From: Lama glama
Taxonomy: Eukaryota
NCBI GenBank assembly: GCA_028534125.1
Contig: CM052817.1
Location: 23,624,001-23,688,000 of the forward strand
Direction: 5' to 3'
DNA: 64,000 nucleotides
Both the position numbers and the translations under genes were made by a program. Shown one piece after another: positions 1 through 11,100 of this stretch (position 1 is the first letter of the stretch; each line of letters starts with the position of its first letter). The notes beneath the pieces are model-generated. The model was not told the origin of the DNA, ran no database searches, and saw nothing but the letters and a program-made list of their open reading frames with translations.

Positions 1-36
1 AGGTATGTACCCCAACCAGGCTCAGTTATTGGCTGG

Positions 37-422
37 TGTCTTAGTCTGCTCAGGCAGCTATAATAATACAGACTAAGTGGCTTAAACAATGGACTTTTTT
101 TTTTTTCACAAAATTCTGGAAGCTGGGAAGTCCCAGATCAATGTGCAAGCCAATTTGATTTCAAGTAAGAGTTCTCTTCCTGACTTGCAGACAGCTGCCA
201 TCTTGCTGTTTCCTCACATGGCAGAGGAAGACGGAAAGATCAAGCTCTCTGGTATCTCTTCTCATAAGGACACTAATCCTATTGGACCAGGGTCCCACTC
301 TTGTGACCTCATTTACCTTAATTATCTCCTGGAAGGCCCCATCTCAAAGTACAGTCACATGGTGGGAAAGTGGTTTAGGGCTTCAACATAGGAACTTAAG
401 GAGCATAATTCAACCCATTGCA
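37..422 (-). mobile_element. MaLR solo LTR, MLT1A/MST-like
   Basis: TG...CA termini (tgtcttagtc...cccattgca), typical MLT1A internal motifs, perfect 5-bp TSD GCTGG at 32-36 and 423-427. Confidence 0.9.
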
Positions 423-1109
423 GCTGGGTTGATCTCAGAGGGAACAGGCCTCAGAATGATCGCCACACCAGATCCCTAGGTGTGGCCCTGGAGGCTGTGA
501 GACAAATATACTCCTGTAGCAGTTTCCCTTGAAGGAAGACATGAGCTGCCACAACTCTTCCCTCTGTAAGTACTGAAGCACCTGCCCCTAGAGAGCCAAT
601 GTGTTCAATGGAGAAGATTCTAAAAGCAACTTTTATAATAAAGAGTATAAATATTTTACTCCCCAAATACTGACAGTTAAGTTTATTTGACTGTATTAAG
701 AATATCTTTCTTTGACAAATCTATTTTACAAGATAAACTCATCAAATAAATTATATTTTATCAAAATTTGATCCACTAAATCATAGGCTTTTTTACTTTT
801 ATTCCATAATGACACAGAATAGAATCTGACATGTGAGAATGGACTTCGGACAGGCTGAACCCTGGGTCTGCTAAGGGACACTTTAGAGAAATTGAATTTC
901 ACCTCACTTAATCTTGCAGTAAGGAAAGTGAAGGGTTTCTTGCAATAATTATTTTCCCCTGAAGAGTAAGCACACATGAACCTATTGTCATGGAACGGTC
1001 AGGAGTCAGAGAACTGGTCAAAAGAGTTAAAAAAAAAAAAACAACACTGAGAGAATAAATACCCAAGGGAGTCTTCGACACCCTCTCCCCTGGGTAAGAG
1101 GGATTATCC

Positions 1110-1614
1110 TGTTGACTGAAATAACATCACACGATGTGACAGTTGTGGGTTAAGATCCATTTGAGGCAAAGTGAGGACTGTGGCCTGGGAGACAGCATCT
1201 CAGAAAGCTCTGAGGAACTCCTCTGAAAAGGCAGGGGGCAACTCAGTATTATATATGATGTCAGTGAAGTGGGGATGTGCAGTCAAGCACATGTTTAGGC
1301 AGAGGCTTGTCGCCAGTCACGAGGAGCAGATGTCACCGTTAATAATATTAGTGCTTTTCTAGATATGAGGAGATGCAAGAATTTGAGCTCATAAGATCCT
1401 CTCCTGAAAATATCCAGCTGTCTGAAGGCCTGTTCCGCCAGTATTCCCAGAGCACTGAGCGCCTCGTTCCTGGTCTCCACCCTGAACTCCTCTCAGAGTG
1501 TTGGAGGTGAGCAACTGCAGCGGCTCTTGATTTCATCAAAGCAATGTTAGATGGTAAGTGTGAATGTGATCCAGCTTGTAGAGGCAGATGGCAAGTGCCA
1601 ATTTTCAGTTAGCA
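1110..1614 (-). mobile_element. ERV1 solo LTR, MER41-like
   Basis: TG...CA termini with 4-bp TSD ATCC (1106-1109 and 1615-1618), the ERV1-typical length; ggcctgggagacagcatctcaga...ctctgagg resembles MER41-group LTRs. Confidence 0.8.
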
Positions 1615-2026
1615 ATCCACAACTGCTTACATCTGTTGGAAACTCTGGGAAATTGATCTTTTCTGAGAGTACTCTGTGTTACCACCTACATCACTAACCA
1701 TATCCATACATTTCTGTAACCTTCTGAGAAAATCTCTCTCACTGTGACTGCAGGACTCCACCATGCCATTACCAGCCCACCATAACAACTGGAAATGAGA
1801 AAAAGAAGCTCACATTTCTTCCCTTTATCTTCCAAAGCGTATTTAATTTGCTGTTTAGAAAATAAATACAATAAAACATAAGATTAAAACTGAAATGTTT
1901 AAATAAAAAATTTTTAAAGATTGTCAAAAAAAGTATTATCATTATATGATTGAGAAGTGATATGAAACATATAGAATTCTTCCTGGAAGCAGAAACCTCA
2001 AATTTGACTCTGAGTCATCAAGCAGC

Positions 2027-2592
2027 AGTTCAAAAAGATATCACGACAAAAGTGACACAGGGCAAAGCTGAGCAGGCAAGGAAGACTTGATTCAACTTAT
2101 TGCAGTGGGGGAGGCAGACTGAACTCAACTCTGCTCAAACAAAAGGTGGGATCATTTTTAAGGGCTGAAATGATCTAGTGGAAAGTACCAGAGAACATTA
2201 GGGGACAGGCTGATCAATAGAATGTGTGGAGCACACTGAGTTATTCCTAACTCTGCAAATGTTCTTCTCTGGGATTAAGCCATCTGTGTTTGCTAATTGG
2301 CATAGAAATTAGGCTCCTCATCTCCTACAGAGACCTGAGGATAGAGATGCTATCTCCTTCTATGTTTACATTTTAAAGGGATGATTCCCAGGTCCTTGAG
2401 AAAAGACATTTTCTGTGTTGTAAAGCTGGCAGGAAGATGGGAAAAGAGTCACATACATTTCAAAGGGACATAGGAAGAATTTACAAGTTTTCTAAAGTAA
2501 ATATGCCAAGAAAAAGTCAGAGGCCTAGAGTCAGGAAAGACTCTGAAGTTTTCATAGGCTGAGGAGAACATTCAGGTCCCCTTAAGGGGTCA
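2027..2592 (-). mobile_element. ERV1 LTR, MER67-like
   Basis: Recalled MER67-group motifs (tcccaggtccttgagaaaagacatt, caagttttctaaagtaaat, gctgaggagaacatt...gtca); left boundary approximate. Confidence 0.7.
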
Positions 2593-3169
2593 GAAAGTAG
2601 GATGTTTCATTATGTTGTTCACTGAACTCATACTGTTAAAAAAAATGGATTACCCCCACAGAAGAACATGTATTTATAAAAATGAAACAGAATTAGGGAT
2701 AAATTCCTGCCATGGTGCCTTATACATAAAAAAATTGTAAAGAAATAAAGAGGATTCACAACATATTTATAGTAATGATCATCACATTTGCACAGGGATT
2801 TTTCTTCAGTGTAGGTGAAAGAAATAAGGCCAACATACAAGTTATTAATTAAACTTGAGAAGGAGGGGGCATAGGTAATGATACAGAGTTTAGATTTTTT
2901 AGGTGACCTGCTCTAATCAGAGGACAGACTAAAAAAAAAAAAAATGAATAGACTGCCTGTCATAGAATCAACCTCTGTGTTTCCTGAGGAATTTAGATGC
3001 AGCAGTGTTTGTAGTTGTGCTACGACTCCCTATTAATGACTGCTAGTTCCAGCTGCCTGAGAAGGGAGAAACAGGATTAACACTTCCTTTTGATACTGAG
3101 AACTGCCAAAATACACACAGCCACAAAGAAATCTATTTCATCACTGCATGGAAGTAGCAGGTATATGCA

Positions 3170-3655
3170 ACATCTGCTCTGCACCAAGGGTATCCTGCAA
3201 ACATCGTCTCGTTTATTTTGCACAAAAAACCGTCTGATGTGTATTTAATTTCTATAAACATTTTAAATGCTTTTCAATTTCAATAGTTTTAGTACTTTCT
3301 TTTAGATATCCAAAAGGCCTGGCAAGGTTAAGTCACTTGGCTTTATTTGTATAGAGTTAACCCTTGAACAATATGGGGGTTTGGGGTACCAACTCCCCGA
3401 CTCCATACATGGTAGGAAACCCATGTATAACTTTATAGTCCGCACACATTCTTTATCCATGGTTCTGCATCAGCAGATTCAACCAGCCGTGAATCATGTG
3501 GTATGGCATTATTGAAAAAAAAAAATCCATGTATAAATGGCCCTGCACAGTTCAAACTCCTATTATTCTAGGGTTGACTGTATTATTTTGCCATCAGTGA
3601 ATTTGAACCCAGATCTGTCAGAATCTAAATCTGCTTGATTCTTTTCACTATACTA
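3170..3655 (-). mobile_element. MIR SINE interrupted by a Tigger MITE
   Basis: MIR-like aaggttaagtcacttgg on the left and atttgaacccagatctgtcagaatctaaa on the right of the MITE. Confidence 0.6.
3354..3580. mobile_element. TcMar-Tigger MITE (Tigger2a/MER8-like)
   Basis: Terminal inverted repeats gagttaacccttgaacaa ... ttattctagggttgactg, flanked by TA at 3352-3353 and 3581-3582. Confidence 0.85.
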
Positions 3656-3718
3656 GGTTGACTCCCCAGTGATATAGGGGTCCTAAAATCATGTACTTTT
3701 AGAGGAAGGCAGAGAATA

Positions 3719-3864
3719 CAGTTGAACTCTGTGTCTGCACATGCAGAACCTATAGAGTTAAAGAGCTGACTACATAATTTACACAAGGGACTTGAGCATC
3801 TGTGAATTTTGGTATCTGTAGGGTGTCCTGGAACAAATCCCCCATGGAAGTCAAGGGACAACTG
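3719..3864. mobile_element. TcMar-Tigger MITE (MER2-like, short)
   Basis: Termini cagttg ... gggacaactg; internal gggacttgagcatctgtgaattttggtatc...cctggaacaaatccccc matches the recalled MER2 end. Confidence 0.8.
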
Positions 3865-6800
3865 TGTAAATATGCAATGTTGGCCTCATATAAGATAGAG
3901 GCAGGACTATAAGAAATATGTATTTTTCCTTCTCACTCAACAATAAGAAAAACAACAGCACAAGTGCCCTGCTAAATAACAACTGAGGTTGGGCCTCTGT
4001 GTTGGGAGGCGATAGGGAATGGTGGGGACTGTGGTGCTGTACAGGGAAGGTGATCCTAACCCAGCCAGTAATCACACTGTCTGCAAAAAGATCCACTGAT
4101 ATAAAATACTTTGGTATTTTTTTTCAAAGGAAGTCAATTATTCACATGTAAGATGAAATCCCCCAGTTCTAATTAAGAATAAAATGTAAATATTGTGTAA
4201 GCCAACCTTGTATGAGTCAAACAAAATACATCTGTGAACCATCTGGGGCCCTCCCGCTGCCAGTTTGCAACCTCTGATAGAAAAACACACTCAGTATTGC
4301 ACTTGGATTTCTTATGGGCAAACAGTAAAGGAAGCCAAGAGAGGTAAGAATGGGATAAATCAGTAAAATGTTTCAAAATTATCACTCTTCTTCTTCCTCT
4401 TCCAGTTATTTGACAGACAAGGTCTAAAGCATTAAGGTTAATATCGTTTAAAAAGGAAGATAAACCCTGTTCAAAAGACTGCTTAATAAGTCAAGAATAT
4501 ATATGTCCTACTCAGACATATTTTAAAAATGTGTCCTCTACTCTAGAAAGTAAAGCTAAACAAAGAAATTGTGTTGCAGTAAGATCATCCTATGTTATGA
4601 AACGTTTTAGCAGTTTTATTTTAAATGTAGCAAAATTGTAGAAATGGTCTATATAACCTGATAATTCCAAGCGGGCTTTAGAAGAGATGGGTGTCTTTCT
4701 CAGGCCGATTGTAATAGATAAATTTATGTATACAGATGTAAACTAACTAAACATAAACACCAACACACACTTAAGGTCTCCTTCCAGTGAATTCCAAGCA
4801 TTTATTTGCTGTCATATTCCTATGGTAATAAAAATGAGCTACTTTTGACGTTATAGTACATTCCATTTGGGGCATGACTTATCGCCACTACTAGCTTGAG
4901 TCTCCATGATAGTAATGACAATTCAATCCAAATCTGCCTGCTGCCAACACTAATTCAACTACATGATGCTACCTCATTCTTTTGCATCTCTTATAAATCC
5001 ACGTCTGACACATAGTAGATAATCAAGATCAGGTGACTAAATAAATAAATACATACATAGTAACATAAAGGTTTGTCTCCATGTGGAGGAAGTGGGAGGT
5101 TTGTATCAATGGGAGAGGCACCACAGTAGACTGGAGTGCATATAGACTTGTAGCTAGATTTCTAAAATTTTAAATTTATGAATACCAGTCTGATTATCTA
5201 TGAACTAAATGAAGGCAGGCGATTCTCTTATCTTCCATTGGTAACCCCTTAAGATTGTGATGAGACCTGTGGAGAATGTCACATTTCAGTACGCTAGTTT
5301 TCTTTGCCCCTTCTTCTGTGTTGATCTTTTTTATTCCCTATTGCAGGTTATTTATTATTAAGCAATGCATATGATATTATTTATGAGCTCATAGCCTGAA
5401 TTACTGCTGAGCCTGGTAAAGTGCTCATCTCCCCTGGCTCTTAACTGGAAACATGTGGCATCAATAGGGCTAAAATGGAATGTGCAAATCTTAAGCACCA
5501 AACCCCTCCAGGCCCACAATGCTGTCCCTTATAATGTTCTTCCTTTGATCAAATTTATAATGCAAGCATGAAGGCTTCAGATTCATAATTCCACATAGCA
5601 TCTGTAGAATTCAGATCTGTATATGCAGTGCTAAGTCCAGAAAATAAAACAAGCGAAGAGACATTCACATCTCCAGAAGGCAATCCATCATAGAAATGGA
5701 GAGAGAACAAAAGTGAGATTTCTCAACTTTTAAAAGTTTATATAGTAACAGTTCTCTGACCTCTGAAGCCCTAGGACCCCCGTGATGAGTATACAATCAT
5801 CCTGCAAGTGTTACAGATCAATGGAACTTTTTCCCATGGAACTGGAACCTGACCTGGTTCCTTGTGGTGCACAGTACATGTGATGGATGGAAAGAAAGAA
5901 AGAAGGAAGGAGGGACTCAAGGAATGAGAAAGGGAGCAATTGAAGGAGGGAGGAGGATGAAAAAGAGGGAAGAAAGAGGGAAGGAAAACAATTTATATAT
6001 ATGAATTGATTAGATCATTCGCTACAAAACACATTTTTTGTAAACAGTAATTTGTAAACTTAAATTTGTGAATAAGGAAATTTAATTTAGTATATAACAT
6101 ACATGCTACCCTATAAAGAGTTTAAGAATAAGATACAGATGTAGAAGGAAGATCGTGACATAACAAAAAGAAAATCATGAAAGAATGATTTCTCCCTGAT
6201 GGTCTACATCCCGCCTTTTGAGCACAATCAAACTCTCTAGTTCGCCCTGGGTTGTTACTAGTCTTTGAGTTTATAGGCTGCCAGTAATACTCATTGGAAT
6301 TCTGGGCTGCAGAGAATAGGTAAAAATGTATGTCCCAGAGTTTCAGTTTTTTGAGAAAACATTTACTTTAAGGTTGAGAAGTTCTTAGGTTTAGGAAGAA
6401 ATGAAGAAAACCTGTATCTTGGCTCTGAATTAAAAAAAAAATGTGCTACTTTTCAAAATGGCAGAACTCTGTTATAGGGAAAAATAAGGCGAAGGGTGCA
6501 TTTCTTTTTCCTGCAAAGACAGCAAATATGTAAGCTTCACTGGTTTCTAGTGTTCCTTTTATGAAAATAATAGCTCAATGCTGCTTCAAGGTTATATTAT
6601 TTAAAAGATACACTGTATGTGAAAACAGAGTCTGTGAGGCTTTTCAAAAACGTGTGTAAAACAGAGCTGTTTAGTTTGACAGAGCTTCAGATGCCGAGAG
6701 ATTGTGTTGAATGCAAAATCAAGTTCTGAAAGTGAGAAGCTGAAAGGCAGTTAGACAGGCTTGACTCTTGACAAGATTTCAGCACTGCTTTGTCTCAAGA

Positions 6801-7999
6801 GGGCAATCAGTCCATCTCAGACTCATCTCAAGGGTTTTTAAGTGGTGTCTTGGGACATTTCCACTAAGAAGTTTTTTGGTCTAATACTTAAATCTCAATG
6901 GTAGACCACTGTGTATTGTTTTTTATCACAAGTGCTGTGTCATTATGCAATTCGTTACATCAGTGAAATAATTCAATACTCAAATTCTAGGAGATGAGAA
7001 ACATGTTAAAATGTTGACTTCCATTTAATACTCTGATACTTGTATTCTGATAAAATCCATTGGTATGTTTGTCAGTAAAAACTGTACAGAGAATGTGAAG
7101 ATACAGCAAACATACTCCAGCACAAATTGAACTGACGTCAGTAGAACAGAGATCTTTATTTTCCTTTCTTGTAACCCCACAGCCTATCACTGGGCTTGGA
7201 AAAATACACATATATTAAACTTTAATTTATATTTGGTTTATAGATAAAGGAATGAATGAACAAAAGTAAAGACTCATAATAACTTAAAAGTACATCATGA
7301 ACATATAAGAAGTCCAGGGAAATGGATTTCTAATTAACATTCAAAGGCATGCAGGTAATATTAAAAAATGTGTTAAATCTGACTCCAGAGATGTGATGCA
7401 AAGAACTGCCCAGAGGCCATGTCTTCAAATTCAGTGTCTGTCACCCCCAGTCTGATTGCTAAGGACAGAACTACCTGACCAAGAAGCATAGATTCAGTTG
7501 TCGATGTTACTTTATATTTAGAACATGTTTGCTCTATTAGCTAAAAGTCAGGTAATAAAATTCCCACACGAAAAGGAAAATTCCCACGTTGCTCTGTTCA
7601 GAGGTGGCTACACTGTGTGCCTTTCTCTGAACTTGCCTTTTCTCCCACTAGATCTGCACTGTCTTGCCAGGTTTATGAGGATGTGATTTGCCAGGTCAAC
7701 CACTATACGGGCCCGGGTCTCTGATTTCTGAAACCTGGGACTCCCTGAGTCAACTGTAATCTCCTGAGAATTATAGATCAATGAGCCCATGCCCCCTTAA
7801 AATGAAACAAAATCTGATTCATAGTGGTGCCCAGTAAAAATGCTGGAAGGAAAGGGAGAAGGAAGGAAAGGAAGGAAAGAAGAAAAGGAATGTACTTATA
7901 TGACTTGGTTGGATCAATTATTACAAAATACAGTTTTTATAAATATTGTGTTATAAAGTACCTGGTAAGGAATTTCACTTGCTATGTAAGGACTGTGCT

Positions 8000-8200
8000 A
8001 TCCTATAGAGTTTAAGATCAAGAATATGATATCCATATCTCCAGCTTTTCTGTTCCTGACTATGAGACCCTGGGCAACTTAATGTCTCTGAACACCAGTA
8101 TGCTTATAAATGTGATCAATGTAAACATATCTTTTTGAAAACATTATTGAGGGAATCAGGGGAACTCATCTCTGTGAGAGTGGCTGGCCCATCACGGACA
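8000..8200 (+). mobile_element. MIR SINE (decayed)
   Basis: gaccctgggcaacttaatgtctctga core and gtgagagtggctggcccat tail-like segment. Confidence 0.5.
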
Positions 8201-9599
8201 CTCATCTCTCTATTTCTCCATACTCCTGATCATCCAAAGCTTGTTGTTTCATTTGACATCCATAAATTTTCCATTTATGACTTTATATGTAAGCCAATTT
8301 GAATCTCTAGTCTCTGAAGCCCAATTATGGAAGAGTATATTGGCTTGAAATGTAATCAAAGCTTTTAAACTGGATTATAAATGGTAAAGCAGCAATAAAC
8401 ATACACCCACTCTGACCACAGGCATCTAATCATCCTTAAAGATAACAAGATTTACCTGGGAAGTTTATCTGGTCCATTAAGGCAATTTTTCTCTGACTAA
8501 ATGTAAGGAGTTACATTTTTTAGTAAGTAATCTGTGAAAAGAAAAACAATTTAGGTTGCAACATCTGACTGCTGGAGCTACGCTAATCTTTCAGTCCCCC
8601 AACTGCATCTGCTTTAGAATGTAGTCCTCTTTGGTGCCCGTTTTTCCCCAGTAAATGAAGCAGAAAGATGTTCTTTCCAATGTATGTTTTCTCAGGCAGT
8701 GACAAAGACCCAACGTACTAATTCCTGCCGCAGCCGTGCCTTTCACATTCCCATGCCTATTTGTTACACACTTGGGTTATCTCTTACGTAGCTGGGTGTG
8801 AGTGGTTCTGAGGAATATTCTCTCTATATTCATCACATAAAATGATTTTTTAAATAAAGGCAAAAAATATATATTTAGGACAGATATGAGGTTTTTTGGG
8901 CTACATTTCAGAGTAACTTTACTGTCTATTAGCTCTTTTGGAAATTAAAAAACAAATGAACACCAATGGAGTTACAAGTGAAACTCAGACTTAAGAACTA
9001 GAAACCAGAGTTGGCAGCGCAGGATAGCAATCAGTCCCAGGACAGCCTAACATTTAATAAGCCAGTGATACTTATGTGCACATAAGAGTTTCAGTTTCAT
9101 AACTTAAACAAACAAAAAAAATTAGAAAGCCAAGATAACACGTCACTAGGACCTTAGCTATGACTGTCTCTCACTGTGTCAAATCTTCTCTTAGATTTTT
9201 AATTCTGGCTTCATCATTCTGGCTTGACCAAACTCAAAAACCTTAGCTGGGTGACTTTGAGCTTATCTGAAAAATGATGATGCCAATATTAATTTACAAG
9301 ACTGTTGTCAAGATTAAACCAAATAAAACATGTAAAGTATTTAAATAAGTGTTTAAATGCTTAAAAGGGCAGGTAAAGTACAGTCAGAATGCTTCTTGGT
9401 AAATATGGTTAAAGTTATGTGACATAACTATTTCCAGCATGGTGGTACATGTACTATTCAGAGTAGAGAGTTTATGTGAAGAGTTGGTATCTCTGGTCCG
9501 GGATATCACCAACCGTAGCTTGGGTTTGACAGGCTTTTCTAAATCCTTTTTCTGTTTCACAGCAGAACAAATAACTCATAGTGGTTTCTTTAGACAGGG

Positions 9600-10067
9600 T
9601 GCTATGGATCACACTGTGTCTTCCCAAAATTCACATGTTAAAGTCTTAACCCTCAGCACCTCAGAATGTGGCCTTACTTAGATATAAGATCGTGGCAGAT
9701 ACAATTAGTAAAGCTGAGGTCATATTGGAGAAGGGTGGAATTCCAATTCAAAAGAACTGATTTCTTACAAAAGAGGGAAATTTGGACACGGGTGCACAGG
9801 GAGAACATCATTTGATGATGAAGGCAGAGATCGTGGTGATGCAGCAGAAACCACAAACTGCCAAAGATTGCTATCAAATCCCCAGAAACTAGGAGAGAAG
9901 CATGGACAAGGTTCTTCTCCACAGCCCTCAGAAGAAGCAAACCATGCTAACACCTTGATCTTGGACTTTAGCCTCCAGAACTGTGAGACAACATGACAAC
10001 ACCTTTGTGTTGTTTAAGCCACCAGGTTTGTGTAAATTCGTCATGGCAGTCCTTACAAACTAGTACA
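9600..10067 (+). mobile_element. MaLR solo LTR, MLT1B-like
   Basis: tgctatgg...aaactagtaca termini, typical MLT1B body, 5-bp TSD CAGGG/CAGGA (one mismatch). Confidence 0.9.
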
Positions 10068-10186
10068 CAGGATAAGACCTCTACCTTAACTATAAACATC
10101 TTGTGTTGGCCTAGAATTATTCTACTCTTCAAAATAAATGGCATCTCTCTGCTCTGATTCATTTTTAAAAGCCTTTAGAAAGTGTT

Positions 10187-10640
10187 TGTATCAGTCAGGG
10201 TTTCAGCAGAAAGCAGTCAACAGCCTCAGCTGAGCATTTTTAATGAAGGAACTATCTATAGAGGTATGGGAAGTGCTAAAGGAACCCGCAGGATGTTGAG
10301 ACACCCAGCAGGAAGCAATAGCAACCAGCTAATATTGCCCCCCTCAACCTGCAGGAAAAAAGGTGGGGGAAATGAACGTCATTAAGCCTGGCTGAGAGCA
10401 GCAGTCATGAAATAAAGGCTGTCAGATAGAAGCCACCACCTTAGGGGGCACAGTACAGCAAGAATCACATTGAAACAGGGACACAGTTGTGGGGGGAAAA
10501 AATGCTCTGATTTATAGAAGGTTCTTTTTAGGTGATGCCAGCCAGAAACCAGAAAGCAAAGAGGTCCCAGCAATGCAGTCCGTAGGGGTCAGCCTTCCAG
10601 GGCACACAGCACACAGAGAAGGGCAGAGAGAGAACCAGGG
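10187..10640 (-). mobile_element. ERVL LTR, LTR33-like
   Basis: Begins tgtatcagtcaggg; contains gatgcagtcc-like gtaggggtcagccttccagggcacacagca motif typical of LTR33. Confidence 0.7.
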
Positions 10641-10649
10641 ACCACGATG

Positions 10650-11100
10650 ATGCTTTTGGCTTTGAGTAAAAAATTGCCTGACTAAAAGTGGCTTAAGCAA
10701 ATGTAATTATTTGTTTCATTTTTTAAAAATGTCTGATGATCAAACTTTTAGAGTTGGTTCAGCAGTTCAGTGATGCCAGGGCACTAACCTTCTTCAGGAG
10801 TCTCTTAATTTTCTCTCACGGTGAAAATGGATCACCGCATTTCCTAATGTCACACCATCACACAAGTAAGTTCAAAGCCGAGAAAAAGAAGGTCAGGGAG
10901 TTTTCACTTTTTCTTCTCTTTCTTTTGCTAATATGACCATTTTCCCCAGATTTCCCCTTATATCTTACTGGCTAGATCGGGGTCACATGGCCACCACTCA
11001 TCCAATCACTGACAAAGGGAAATGGAATCATCACGATTGTCTTCATTTATTCATCTCTTGGATCAGGTGCCTCCTTCCTTTAGGCAGAGGCTGCCTATAA
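10650..11100 (-). mobile_element. MaLR LTR, MLT1K/L-like
   Basis: aaagtggcttaagcaa, gggtcacatggccaccac...ccaatcactgacaaagggaaatgga motifs. Confidence 0.65.

Noticed and set aside
1110..1614. MER41-like LTR as an IFN-gamma/STAT1 enhancer
   Set aside because: I found no intact TTCNNNGAA in this copy; the nearest is TTCCCAGAG at 1444-1452.
4295..4305. TATTGCACTTG, identical to the start of miR-92a-3p
   Set aside because: The match stops after 11 nt and I see no precursor hairpin.
5349..5416. Plus-strand exon-like segment after a strong acceptor (ttccctattgcAG)
   Set aside because: Stops in all three frames and a weak donor.
10433..10452. CTCF-like ccaccttagggggcac
   Set aside because: The 5' half fits the consensus poorly and it lies within a decayed LTR.
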